Source: Dehalococcoidia bacterium (GTDB lineage Bacteria; Chloroflexota; Dehalococcoidia; GIF9; UBA5629). Taken from it: 64,000 nucleotides of DNA. Below are positions 1-8,498 of this stretch, one piece after another (position 1 is the first letter of the stretch; the number at the start of each line of letters is the position of its first letter). The notes beneath the pieces were generated by a model. The model saw only the letters and a program-made list of their open reading frames with translations. It was not told the origin of the DNA and searched no databases. The position numbers were made by a program, and so were the translations under genes. The stretch covers positions 15,725-79,724 of the forward strand of contig DAOTWF010000027.1 in NCBI GenBank assembly GCA_034435835.1, in the 5' to 3' direction.

Positions 1-533
1 GGGTTATGGCTGGACCTTGTACGGGCAGCCACAAGGAAGTAGTCTGCCGCTTTGGCGTCCCAGACGAACATCTTGGTGCCGTTCAGGATGTACTCATTGC
101 CGCGTTGCTCTGCTCTCATTTTGATGCCGCCGGGCCAGAAGTCGCCGTCTTCTTCCAGCACGGCAAGGGCAAAGGTAGCCTTTCCTTCAGCTATCTTTGG
201 CAAATATTCTTTCTTCTGCTGTTCCGAGCCAGCAAAGAGGATGGGTAAGCCGCACAGTATGACCGTGGAGACGAAGGGACTGGGCAGCAGGGAGCGCCCC
301 ATCTCCTCGCAGAGGATGGTCAGGTCTCTAAAGGTCATGGCTTGACCGCCGAACTGTTCAGGAAAGATAAGCCCGAGCCATCCCAGTTCTGCCATCTTTT
401 TCCAGAGTTCTGGTGAGTAACCGACCTCGTCCTCAATCATTGCCCGTACATGGCTTCTGGTACATTCTTTCTCCATGAAGTCGCGGGCCATGGTCTTCAA
501 CATTTCTTGCTCTTCAGTGAGTGCCCATTCCAT
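1..533 (-). CDS. Acyl-CoA dehydrogenase, second (probably non-catalytic) subunit type; runs off the window edge
   Basis: Not in the ORF track. Manual translation from ATG at 533 (SD AAGGAG): MEWALTEEQEMLKTMARDF...LWKKMAELGWLGL...EEMGRSLLPSPF...YILNGTKMFV. Confidence 0.9.
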   Translation of the reverse strand, partial: MEWALTEEQEMLKTMARDFMEKECTRSHVRAMIEDEVGYSPELWKKMAELGWLGLIFPEQFGGQAMTFRDLTILCEEMGRSLLPSPFVSTVILCGLPILFAGSEQQKKEYLPKIAEGKATFALAVLEEDGDFWPGGIKMRAEQRGNEYILNGTKMFVWDAKAADYFLVAARTRSSHN

Positions 534-569
534 TTGTCGTTCTCCTTTCATCCAGTCCTTTTTGTTCGC

Positions 570-1787
570 CTACCTCGGTAGCCCGAGTATTCTCTCGGCG
601 ATGATGTTGCGGTTGATTTCAGACGTGCCCATCTCAATGGTGGCGCCTCTGGCTCTGAGCATCTGGTACACCCAGTCGCCATTGTTCAGAGCACGTTTCG
701 AGTCCCTGTTTAGCTGAGAGTAGGCGCCGATAATCTCCATAATGATGTCTCCGTTCCGCACCCTCATTTCAGCCTGGAAGTTCTTCACTATTGAGGCTTC
801 ATTGGTTGGTCTCCAACCCTTACGCATCCGGGCTACCATTCGCTGTCCGCTACACCTCATAGCCTCAGCTTCTATCGCTATCTGGGCGATTTTTTGTCTG
901 AAGGCCGAATCCTCCCAGACTGGCTTGCCGAAACGACGGGTCTCTTTAGCCAGGTCGACGACAGCTCTTGTAATAGCAAGTCTGGTGCTAGCGCCTGCAA
1001 TTGCTGCAGCACCGCCGCCCCAGAAGGCGCCGCCGCCGCTTCTCTCAGACATTAGGGCAGTGAGGACAACTGCCCAGCCTTGATTGACCTCTCCCACACG
1101 GTTTTTGTCGGGGACGCGCACATTATCGAAATATTCCTCGCCGAACTCTGCGTTGCCGGTCATCTGTCTTAGTGGTAGTTTGGTGAGTCCTGGGCTGTGG
1201 CAGTCGACGATAAAGCAGGTAAGGTTGCGATGGCGGGGAGCATTGGGGTCTGACTTGCAGGCTATGAGTCCGAAGTCAGCGAATTCCCACATGCTCGTCC
1301 AGATCTTCTGACCGTTTATCACCCACTCGTCGCCATCTTTTACTGCGGTGGTCTGAATGTTGGCAATGTCGGAACCAGCATTCGGTTCAGAGAAATACTC
1401 AGCCCAGCTCTCCTCTCCGCTCAGTATCTTGGGTATGAAGCGCTTCTTCTGCCATTCCTGGCCATGCGCTAGCAGTGCCGGGGCTGCTACAAGAAATCCA
1501 AGTGACTGTGGCCCCGGAGGTGTTCCATGCCGGGCGAGCTCCTCCCGGATAATGGCTATCTCCTCTAGCGGTCTTACTATACCACCATATTCTGGCGGAT
1601 AGCCGAAGCCGGTGTATCCAGCTTCGTATAGTTTCTTCTGCCACCACTTACCCAGCTCGTGGGCTTCCCGGCTGAAGGGGTCAGGTGCCTTATACTCTGG
1701 AGTGCCCCACCCTTTAGGAAGATTTGCCCTGAGCCAGGCGCGCACCTCCTTGCGAAATGCTTCCAGCTTTGCTGTATCGGTAGCCAT
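570..1787 (-). CDS. Acyl-CoA dehydrogenase (FadE26/FadE29-like type)
   Basis: FSEPNAGSD, INGQKIWTS, LMSER, and C-terminal GTSEINRNIIAERILGLPR; SD AAGGAGG. Confidence 0.92.
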   Translation of the reverse strand: MATDTAKLEAFRKEVRAWLRANLPKGWGTPEYKAPDPFSREAHELGKWWQKKLYEAGYTGFGYPPEYGGIVRPLEEIAIIREELARHGTPPGPQSLGFLVAAPALLAHGQEWQKKRFIPKILSGEESWAEYFSEPNAGSDIANIQTTAVKDGDEWVINGQKIWTSMWEFADFGLIACKSDPNAPRHRNLTCFIVDCHSPGLTKLPLRQMTGNAEFGEEYFDNVRVPDKNRVGEVNQGWAVVLTALMSERSGGGAFWGGGAAAIAGASTRLAITRAVVDLAKETRRFGKPVWEDSAFRQKIAQIAIEAEAMRCSGQRMVARMRKGWRPTNEASIVKNFQAEMRVRNGDIIMEIIGAYSQLNRDSKRALNNGDWVYQMLRARGATIEMGTSEINRNIIAERILGLPR

Positions 1788-1814
1788 AGATTCCTCCTTG
1801 CTTATTGTTATGGT

Positions 1815-1867
1815 CTTGAAATATTGCTGACAAAGTCGTGGATATCTCTGGTCAGCAATAGCTCAAG
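1815..1867 (-). other. Long 5'-UTR RNA hairpin upstream of the ACAD pair
   Basis: Minus strand: CTTGA-GC-TATTGCTGAC-AGAG-(10-nt loop)-CTTT-GTCAGCAATA-TT-TCAAG. The inner arm needs a G-U pair. Confidence 0.6.
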
Positions 1868-1876
1868 GGCAGTGTA

Positions 1877-1906
1877 ATGTTAGCCATTATGCATATTCTT
1901 TGTCAA
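1877..1906 (-). promoter_or_regulatory. Sigma70-type promoter of the ACAD operon
   Basis: TTGACA-N18-TAACAT on the minus strand. Confidence 0.5.
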
Positions 1907-2089
1907 ACTGTTACTGAACTTGTGTGCAGAGTTTTTCCTTTGATACCCTGCAAGAAGCCTCTTACTGGCAAAGTATGCTCCATTTGCCTGTCATCTGGTA
2001 TGCTGTTTCCTGCTGTGAGGAAAGCGGTTGAGGTTGAGATTGGTTTATAATAAAGCAAAATGGCAAAGGCGAACTGAGAACGATGGGGC

Positions 2090-3505
2090 ATGACAAGAGA
2101 GACAGATAGCAGATTTGTGGTTATTTGTGCATTGTGCCAGAAGCCTACCCCGGCAGGTAGGACATTTTGTCAGCATTGCTGGTCGCTGCTACGTGGCAGG
2201 GTTGTCTCTGTCAGGGAGATGGAGGAGGAGGCAAGGCAGCGATCGTTACGAATGAGGCTACGGAGAAGAGCCAAGCTTCTGGCTGTTAGTCTGACTGCCT
2301 TTGTGTTCACAGTCTCAGTCACCTGTTTGGTCTTGTACTATTGTACCGACGTCTTGGTGAGGCCACCACCGTGGTTAAACTCCGGTTCTGCTTCTGGACA
2401 GTGGTCTATGTTCCGTCATGATTTAGGGCGCTCGGGTTGCTCCGAATTGGGGCCTGTGTTGCCCAAGGGGGTGGTAAAATGGGTATTCCGCTCCGGCGCT
2501 GCGATCCACTCTTCACCGGTGATCGTGGGAGATACTGTCTATTTCGGCTCCCGAGACCACAGACTCTATGCCATTGATATGGCAAAGGGAGCGAAACGCT
2601 GGCAGTACGAGACAGGCTCACGGGTCGAGGCCTCTCCGGCTGTGGTCAACGGGGTTATCTATGTTGGTTCAAACGACGGTAGACTGTATGCTATCAGGGC
2701 AGATACAGGGGAAAAGCTCTGGGAGTTTGCTGTAGGGTATCCTGTAAAGTCATCCCCTGCGGTGGCCAGCGAGGTTGTATATTTTGGTGCTGATGACTAT
2801 TCTGTCTACGCTGTGTGTGCAAAGAGCGGAGCGAAGCTGTGGCAATTCTTGACGGATGGCTACGTAACATCATCGCCTGCAGTAGCTGGTGGTGTGGTCT
2901 ACGTCGGCTCAAACGATGGTTTTTGTTATGCGTTGGATGCATTAAGAGGGAGACTGCGTCTCCGCTTCAAGGCTTATTCCCCTGTATCCTCTTCTCCTGC
3001 TGTCGACAAGGGAATCGTGTACTGTAGTGCCTTTGACGGTCGGGTGTTCTCTTTCGATGGCAGAGCACGGAACTGGCTCTGGGAGCACGAGATTAGACCT
3101 TACTGGCTGCAGGTCTATGCTTTCGGTCTCCCTGTACCTCAACCTTCGCCCCAGTCTGGTTTTCTCTGGGGAACGAGGATAGCAAGCCGGATGGAGTCCT
3201 CGCCCACAATTGCGGATGGAAAACTGTTTGTTGCTGTGTCAAACAGGCTGATTGCCATTGATCTGGCAACCCACCAGAAACTTTGGGAGTTTGCATCTAA
3301 CGGTACCATAGTGGGCTGTGTTGCTGTGTGTGGTGGTAATATCTATTTGGGCTCCGCAAAAGGGATCCTGTATGCTCTGGACGCCGCGGGTGGCAGGGTA
3401 ATCTGGCATCTACAATTTGATAGCCCCATCACCTCCTCGCCCAGCGTAAGCCAAGGGGTGATTTATGTCGGTTTGGAGGACGGGAGCCTGTATGCCGTTG
3501 AGTAA
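2090..3505 (+). CDS. Membrane-anchored PQQ-like (BamB-type repeat) beta-propeller protein with N-terminal zinc ribbon
   Basis: CxxC-x10-CxxC, a basic stretch, one TM helix, then about 8 repeats of SSPAV...VY.GS.DG.LYA.D...G...W. Confidence 0.85.
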   Translation: MTRETDSRFVVICALCQKPTPAGRTFCQHCWSLLRGRVVSVREMEEEARQRSLRMRLRRRAKLLAVSLTAFVFTVSVTCLVLYYCTDVLVRPPPWLNSGSASGQWSMFRHDLGRSGCSELGPVLPKGVVKWVFRSGAAIHSSPVIVGDTVYFGSRDHRLYAIDMAKGAKRWQYETGSRVEASPAVVNGVIYVGSNDGRLYAIRADTGEKLWEFAVGYPVKSSPAVASEVVYFGADDYSVYAVCAKSGAKLWQFLTDGYVTSSPAVAGGVVYVGSNDGFCYALDALRGRLRLRFKAYSPVSSSPAVDKGIVYCSAFDGRVFSFDGRARNWLWEHEIRPYWLQVYAFGLPVPQPSPQSGFLWGTRIASRMESSPTIADGKLFVAVSNRLIAIDLATHQKLWEFASNGTIVGCVAVCGGNIYLGSAKGILYALDAAGGRVIWHLQFDSPITSSPSVSQGVIYVGLEDGSLYAVE

Positions 3506-3603
3506 TTTCTATCTGTGCACAATAGTAAAATTACAAGCAAGGTATTTGCAACCCCACCGGCTTTGCTTTGCTGAGGTCTCATAAAGAGGGTCTTACAGAG
3601 ATT

Positions 3604-5349
3604 CTATTTGCCGAGCATGGATTTTTTAAGCTCCTGGTCTATCCAAGCATATCTGACACCGCCACCGTTGTAATATCCTATTGAAAGTTCGCCGTTGTAG
3701 TTTTTCACCCAGGGCCACCAGAACACATACCAGTATGGTGCCGGGAGGGCGATGACATAAGCTTGCTCCAGAAGATAGGGCAGCATCTGTCGGTGTATTT
3801 CAGCTGCTTTAGTCTCGTCCGGATAAGCTGCCAGCATCTCATCGCGCGCTTTGTTAAGCACTGGGTCATTCACATAGCTGCCGTTGAACATTCCGGGCCC
3901 GGTATAGTTTATTGCCTTCATCCAAGTGCCGGCGCCGGCATATCCGGCGAACATCATATCGTCATAAGCCCTTCTGATTGAAAGGCTAGTATAGGTACCC
4001 CAGTCCTTGGGCTCGATGATTAACTCAACGCCGATTTTGGACCACATATCCTTTATCATTTGCAACGGGTCCATATATACTCTACTCTGGTAGCAAATTA
4101 TTTTGGCCCTGAAGCCGTTCGGGTAACCAGCCTCGGCGAGGAGCTGTTTTGCCTTGTCAGGATGGTACTCAAAAAGCTCCTGCACCGCCTTTGGCATCTG
4201 TTCTAAGGGCACATAGATGTCCATGAACTCTTTCACAGGTACAACGGGCCATTTAAGTAACATGGCATTGCCGCCATAGTAGTCATCGGCTATTTTCTTG
4301 TTGTCTATGGCTAACCAGAGTGCCTGGCGCACCCTCTTATCGGCGAAGGGCGAATCCTTTTTATCTGTCCTCATAAAGATGCAGGCTTGGCCAGCGTCAG
4401 GGATATACTTCACGTGTTTCAGTTGCGGCATACGCAGGTATTCCTGGGCTTGCTCCCAGTCAGCGGCAACGATATCAAGCTGACCGGTGCGGAAAGCGGC
4501 GTGAATGGTTGATTCGTCGCCAAGATTAAGCACCTTGACACCATCTAAGTAAGGTAACTGGTCGTCTTTGCCTGGACCGATGGGGTTTTTCTGCCAGTAA
4601 TCAGGGTGGCGTACGTAAGAAGCGGCACTGCTGGGGGTGAATTCGGCCAGTATGAAAGGACCGGTGCCGATGCTGTTCTTGGGGTTGTTCATGTCACCAA
4701 ATTGCTCTATGGCGTCCTTTGGGTATATTTTCATGAAGTCAGGCATCACGGTGACCACATCAACGAAGTTCTCCGGTTTGCACTTAATGACCACGGTATA
4801 GGGGTCAGTAGCAAAGATCTCGGTGGTCTCCGCTGCTCTGGGGTATGTCCTTTTGAAATATGCGGTGGGCAATGTGCATTGCCGTTTTAAAGAGAAGACC
4901 ACATCGTCTGCGGTAAGCTCGCGACCGTTCGTTGGTGGTTTGTTATGCCATTTAACCCCTTTACGGATGTGAAAGATGATGGTGCCCCTGCCCTGTATTT
5001 CCCAGCTTTCAGCCAGACAGCCTGTTGCGTATTTAAAACGGTTGTTTGAACTGGTAAGGAAGTCGCATTCCCCCATGCCGTAGCCTCCAGCCTTGCCTTT
5101 TGTCCAGTCTCCCATGAGCAGGTCTTCGTGAGTATAGGCTAGAGTGCCGCAGTATGCCTGAGGTTGAATGGCGTCGTCGAACGCTGAGGGGTCTGCAGTT
5201 GTACCCATGGTAATGATGCCACCGTGCACTGGCTTTTCCTTCTCTACACCTGTACCTTCTTTGACCCCGCCGGCACAGCTATCACTAAATAAAGCGACAA
5301 TCAATGCTGTGATGAGAAAAGCAGAAACCAGACGGATCTTTACTGTCAT
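3604..5349 (-). CDS. ABC transporter substrate-binding protein, family 5 (Opp/Dpp-like), probable lipoprotein
   Basis: Signal peptide ending near a Cys; IRKGVKWH, ELTADDVVFS, GTGPF, RVRQAL, AKQLLAEAGYPNGF motifs. Start placed at ATG 5349. Confidence 0.9.
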   Translation of the reverse strand: MTVKIRLVSAFLITALIVALFSDSCAGGVKEGTGVEKEKPVHGGIITMGTTADPSAFDDAIQPQAYCGTLAYTHEDLLMGDWTKGKAGGYGMGECDFLTSSNNRFKYATGCLAESWEIQGRGTIIFHIRKGVKWHNKPPTNGRELTADDVVFSLKRQCTLPTAYFKRTYPRAAETTEIFATDPYTVVIKCKPENFVDVVTVMPDFMKIYPKDAIEQFGDMNNPKNSIGTGPFILAEFTPSSAASYVRHPDYWQKNPIGPGKDDQLPYLDGVKVLNLGDESTIHAAFRTGQLDIVAADWEQAQEYLRMPQLKHVKYIPDAGQACIFMRTDKKDSPFADKRVRQALWLAIDNKKIADDYYGGNAMLLKWPVVPVKEFMDIYVPLEQMPKAVQELFEYHPDKAKQLLAEAGYPNGFRAKIICYQSRVYMDPLQMIKDMWSKIGVELIIEPKDWGTYTSLSIRRAYDDMMFAGYAGAGTWMKAINYTGPGMFNGSYVNDPVLNKARDEMLAAYPDETKAAEIHRQMLPYLLEQAYVIALPAPYWYVFWWPWVKNYNGELSIGYYNGGGVRYAWIDQELKKSMLGK

Positions 5350-5405
5350 CTTCACCCCCCTTGGTTGCCGTTATCGGCTGAGGTTTTTACTCGTGCATTA
5401 GCCCA

Positions 5406-5434
5406 ATTTTAACAGTGCAACTGTCTTCTGTCAA
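5406..5434 (-). promoter_or_regulatory. Sigma70 promoter for the solute-binding protein gene
   Basis: TTGACA-N17-TAAAAT with TG extension; ACAGT-GCA-ACTGT palindrome in the spacer. Confidence 0.75.
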
Positions 5435-5460
5435 CGCTGTGTACTCGTTTATAGCTTCGC

Positions 5461-5489
5461 TTGACATTGTAATGATGCGGTGGTATAAA
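5461..5489 (+). promoter_or_regulatory. Sigma70 promoter for the acyl-CoA ligase
   Basis: TTGACA-N17-TATAAA with TG extension. Confidence 0.75.
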
Positions 5490-5605
5490 AATTGGCATCC
5501 ACCTGATCAATAAGGAGAAGCCTGTTCTGAGATCTTACTCTAGTTGGATTCACCAGATTTGTATCGGGTGAGGAAGGGAGTAAAAAATTTTCAAGGAGGG
5601 CAACA

Positions 5606-7423
5606 GTGCAGGTCAAGACACATCCAGAGTTTAGCAGCCGTTATCCATTGCTTTTGACAGCCTTTATGCACAGACCGGTCAGTTTATATCCAGATGATAT
5701 CGGGGTTGTTTATCGTAATGAGGCTGGGGAGTATTTCCGTTTCACATGGCGGCAGTGGTATAAGCGAACATGTCAACTTGCCCATGCGTTGAAGGAACTT
5801 GGAGTGAAACCGGGGCGGCCTGGAGAACCAGGTGACCGGATAGGGGCTATGGCGCTCAATTCCCACCGACACCTGGAGCTGATCTATGCTGGGACATGCA
5901 TTGGAGCAGTATCGCACCCCATTAACGTGGTGCTCTCACGGGAGCACATGGTGCATACCATAAACCATGCTGAGGACAAGATCATATTTGTCGATGAGAT
6001 TATTCTACCTCTGCTTGACCTAATATATGACCAGATAAAGTCGACGGTCAAAGCGTTTGTCTACATGTCCGACCGTCCTGGAAAGCCTCAGACCCGTGTG
6101 GAGCCCCTTTACCTATATGAGGATTTAATTAAAGGGCAACCTGAAGAGTTTGACTGGCCGCTTTTGGACGAAGGTACTTATGCTGCGCTCTACTATACTA
6201 CGGGAACGACTGGCATCCCCAAAGGGGTGATGTTCACCCATCGCCAGCTATATCTCCAGAGTATCCACCTTCTAGCTTTAGGGGGAATGGCAATTGCCAA
6301 TACGATGATTGATATGATCGAGACGATAATGACCTCGAGGGCTGAGACGGTTGATAAAGTGATAGCCGATGGGGGGCGATGTAAAGATGTACTAGATGCC
6401 TTGGTCAAGGATATACCCAAGGTGAACGTGCCGTTGGTAAATATTCCCCTTTTTCATATCCATGGCTGGGGTTCGCCGTGGTATAGCGTTGCCTCGGCAA
6501 GTAAGATCGTGTTTCCGGGCAGGTTCAGCCCGCAGGCATTCTGTGAGATTGTGCAAACGGAGAAGGTTACGTCGGCAGCCCTTGTGCCAACCATGCTGGC
6601 GATGCTCATTGAGTATGAAGACCTGAAAAAATATGACCTGAGCAGTCTGCGTACAGTTGGCACGGGAGGCGCCGCTTTGCCATTGGGGCTTAAAACCAAG
6701 GCGGAAAAGGTGTTTCCATTCCTGCGTGCTGGCTCGGGCTACGGAATGACCGAAACTGCGGGTCCGGCTATCCTGGCTTTTTTGAAGCGCCATATGCTGG
6801 ACTGGCCTAAAGAGAAGCAGGACGAGTTCAGAGTTAAGACAGGACTGGCACCGCTTGGGATCGAAGTGCAGGTGGTCGGGGAAGACGGCAAGCCGGTGCC
6901 ACACGATAATGAGACGCTCGGTGAAATAGTAATAAGAGGGCACTGGATTTTGGAGCAATATTATAAGGATCCAGAGAAGACACAGACAGCCTGGCGCGAT
7001 GGCTGGTTTCACACCGGGGATATGGCTAAGGTGGATCAGGAAGGGTACATAATCATTGCTGATAGGATAACCGATGTTATCAGAAGTGGTGCTGAGATGG
7101 TGCCCACGGTACTTTTGGAGAACCTGACAGCAACCTGTGACCAGGTCTTGGAGGCGACGTTTGTTGGTGTCCCGGATGAGAAGTGGGGTGAACGACCCAT
7201 GGCAATTGTCAAGCTGGTGCCAGGTTCATCTGCGACTGAGGACGATATTTATAAGTTTCTTCAGACTGAGGGGGTGGAAAAGGGCAAAATAACAAAGTGG
7301 ATGTTGCCGGACTATATAGCATTTTGTGATGCCATACCGAAAACAAGCGTGGGTAAGTATGACAAGATAACCATCCGCAAGAATTTGAATGAGTTTCTTG
7401 CCAAGGCGAAGAGGATTCGTTAG
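5606..7423 (+). CDS. Acyl-CoA ligase (AlkK/FadD/DmdB-like AMP-binding enzyme)
   Basis: YTTGTTGIPKGV, GYGMTET, WFHTGD, EKWGERP, PKTSVGK; GTG start with SD AGGAGG. Confidence 0.92.
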   Translation: MQVKTHPEFSSRYPLLLTAFMHRPVSLYPDDIGVVYRNEAGEYFRFTWRQWYKRTCQLAHALKELGVKPGRPGEPGDRIGAMALNSHRHLELIYAGTCIGAVSHPINVVLSREHMVHTINHAEDKIIFVDEIILPLLDLIYDQIKSTVKAFVYMSDRPGKPQTRVEPLYLYEDLIKGQPEEFDWPLLDEGTYAALYYTTGTTGIPKGVMFTHRQLYLQSIHLLALGGMAIANTMIDMIETIMTSRAETVDKVIADGGRCKDVLDALVKDIPKVNVPLVNIPLFHIHGWGSPWYSVASASKIVFPGRFSPQAFCEIVQTEKVTSAALVPTMLAMLIEYEDLKKYDLSSLRTVGTGGAALPLGLKTKAEKVFPFLRAGSGYGMTETAGPAILAFLKRHMLDWPKEKQDEFRVKTGLAPLGIEVQVVGEDGKPVPHDNETLGEIVIRGHWILEQYYKDPEKTQTAWRDGWFHTGDMAKVDQEGYIIIADRITDVIRSGAEMVPTVLLENLTATCDQVLEATFVGVPDEKWGERPMAIVKLVPGSSATEDDIYKFLQTEGVEKGKITKWMLPDYIAFCDAIPKTSVGKYDKITIRKNLNEFLAKAKRIR

Positions 7424-7449
7424 CCTAATCGGGGTTAAATTCGGCAAGC

Positions 7450-7488
7450 TTTACAGTCCTAGGTGTTTGGTCTAAAATATATATTTTA
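7450..7488 (+). promoter_or_regulatory. Promoter with a perfect 16-bp palindrome over the -10 box
   Basis: TTTACA-N17-TAAAAT; TAAAATATATATTTTA at 7473-7488. Confidence 0.55.
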
Positions 7489-7564
7489 AGCAGTTTGGGT
7501 TAATAGCCAGATTGCACGCATTTGGGTTTGACTGACGAAACTCGTTTTGCTGGAGGGACGTGTC

Positions 7565-8485
7565 ATGCGCAGTTTCACATTATGGTTAGGCTTGGCTGTT
7601 TTACTTATGGTAGCGGTCAGCGGGCTGGGGGTTTGCTCGATAGTGTTTGCTGGTGCTGACCAGCATATAAGCCCTGTGACACAGCATCAGGCTCAGAAAT
7701 CGCCCACAGGTGAGCAATTAAACATGACCTGCAAGTATCCTGTGCTCAGCAGCTATGCCGGCAGTTATTTCTCTTACAGCATAGACCTTGAGTATACAGG
7801 GGGTAAAGAGCCACGGCTATTTGACCTACGTGCTGAAGTCCCGTCTGGCTTCAGTTATTCTATCTATCCTGGCTATGAGACGACTGAGATAGCTGCCATA
7901 CGCATAGACCCGACTAGAGGTTATCCGGAAACAATAAAGATTACAGTGCGTCCGTATGTATGGCTGACACCAGAGCCCGGGGAATATACGATAAAAGTTT
8001 ATGCTAGCTCTGGTGACCTGAAGAGCAGCATCGAGCTTAAAGCTATTGTGACAGCAAAATATGATATGAGGATTGAACCGGGGGGTGGTAGGTATAATAC
8101 TGAGGCTACTGCGGGCGACGATAACTATTTTGCGATCACAGTGATAAACATCGGCACAGCTCCTCTGGAGAAGATCACTTTCTCTTCCAGTATATCAGGA
8201 AGTCCTTCTGGGTGGCGCGTTACATTTAATCCTGACAAAATTGATAACCTGGCAGTTGGTGACAAACGCGAGGTACAGGTCAACATTAAGCCAGCGCGCA
8301 AGACCATAGCTGGTGATTACATGGTAAATATCTCTGCTGATACGGAAGCTAAGAACGCCTTTGCCAGCGCGAGTATCAGGGTGACTGTGTTGGTGCCAAC
8401 GGTGTGGGGATGGGTGGGCGTTGGTATCATAGTGCTGGTGATTGCCGGTCTGGCAGTGCTGTTTATGCGTCTGGGCAGACGATGA
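7565..8485 (+). CDS. Exported Ig-like (NEW3/NPCBM-associated-like) protein with C-terminal membrane anchor
   Basis: Signal peptide, two beta-rich repeats (PSGW.V.F.P..I..L..G....V.V.IKP...TIAGDY), C-terminal TM plus RLGRR. ATG 7565 follows GGAGG. Confidence 0.7.
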   Translation: MRSFTLWLGLAVLLMVAVSGLGVCSIVFAGADQHISPVTQHQAQKSPTGEQLNMTCKYPVLSSYAGSYFSYSIDLEYTGGKEPRLFDLRAEVPSGFSYSIYPGYETTEIAAIRIDPTRGYPETIKITVRPYVWLTPEPGEYTIKVYASSGDLKSSIELKAIVTAKYDMRIEPGGGRYNTEATAGDDNYFAITVINIGTAPLEKITFSSSISGSPSGWRVTFNPDKIDNLAVGDKREVQVNIKPARKTIAGDYMVNISADTEAKNAFASASIRVTVLVPTVWGWVGVGIIVLVIAGLAVLFMRLGRR

Positions 8486-8498
8486 AGGTGTTGCGTCC

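Noticed and set aside
1960-2030. Short inverted repeats (GGCAAA/TTTGCC, TTTCCT/AGGAAA) suggestive of a c-di-GMP riboswitch
   Set aside because: Only 6-bp stems; the tetraloop/receptor arrangement is absent.
5500-5535. TPP riboswitch-like words (ACCTGATC, CTGAGA) in the ligase leader
   Set aside because: The motifs are in the reverse order of the TPP consensus and the stems do not fit.
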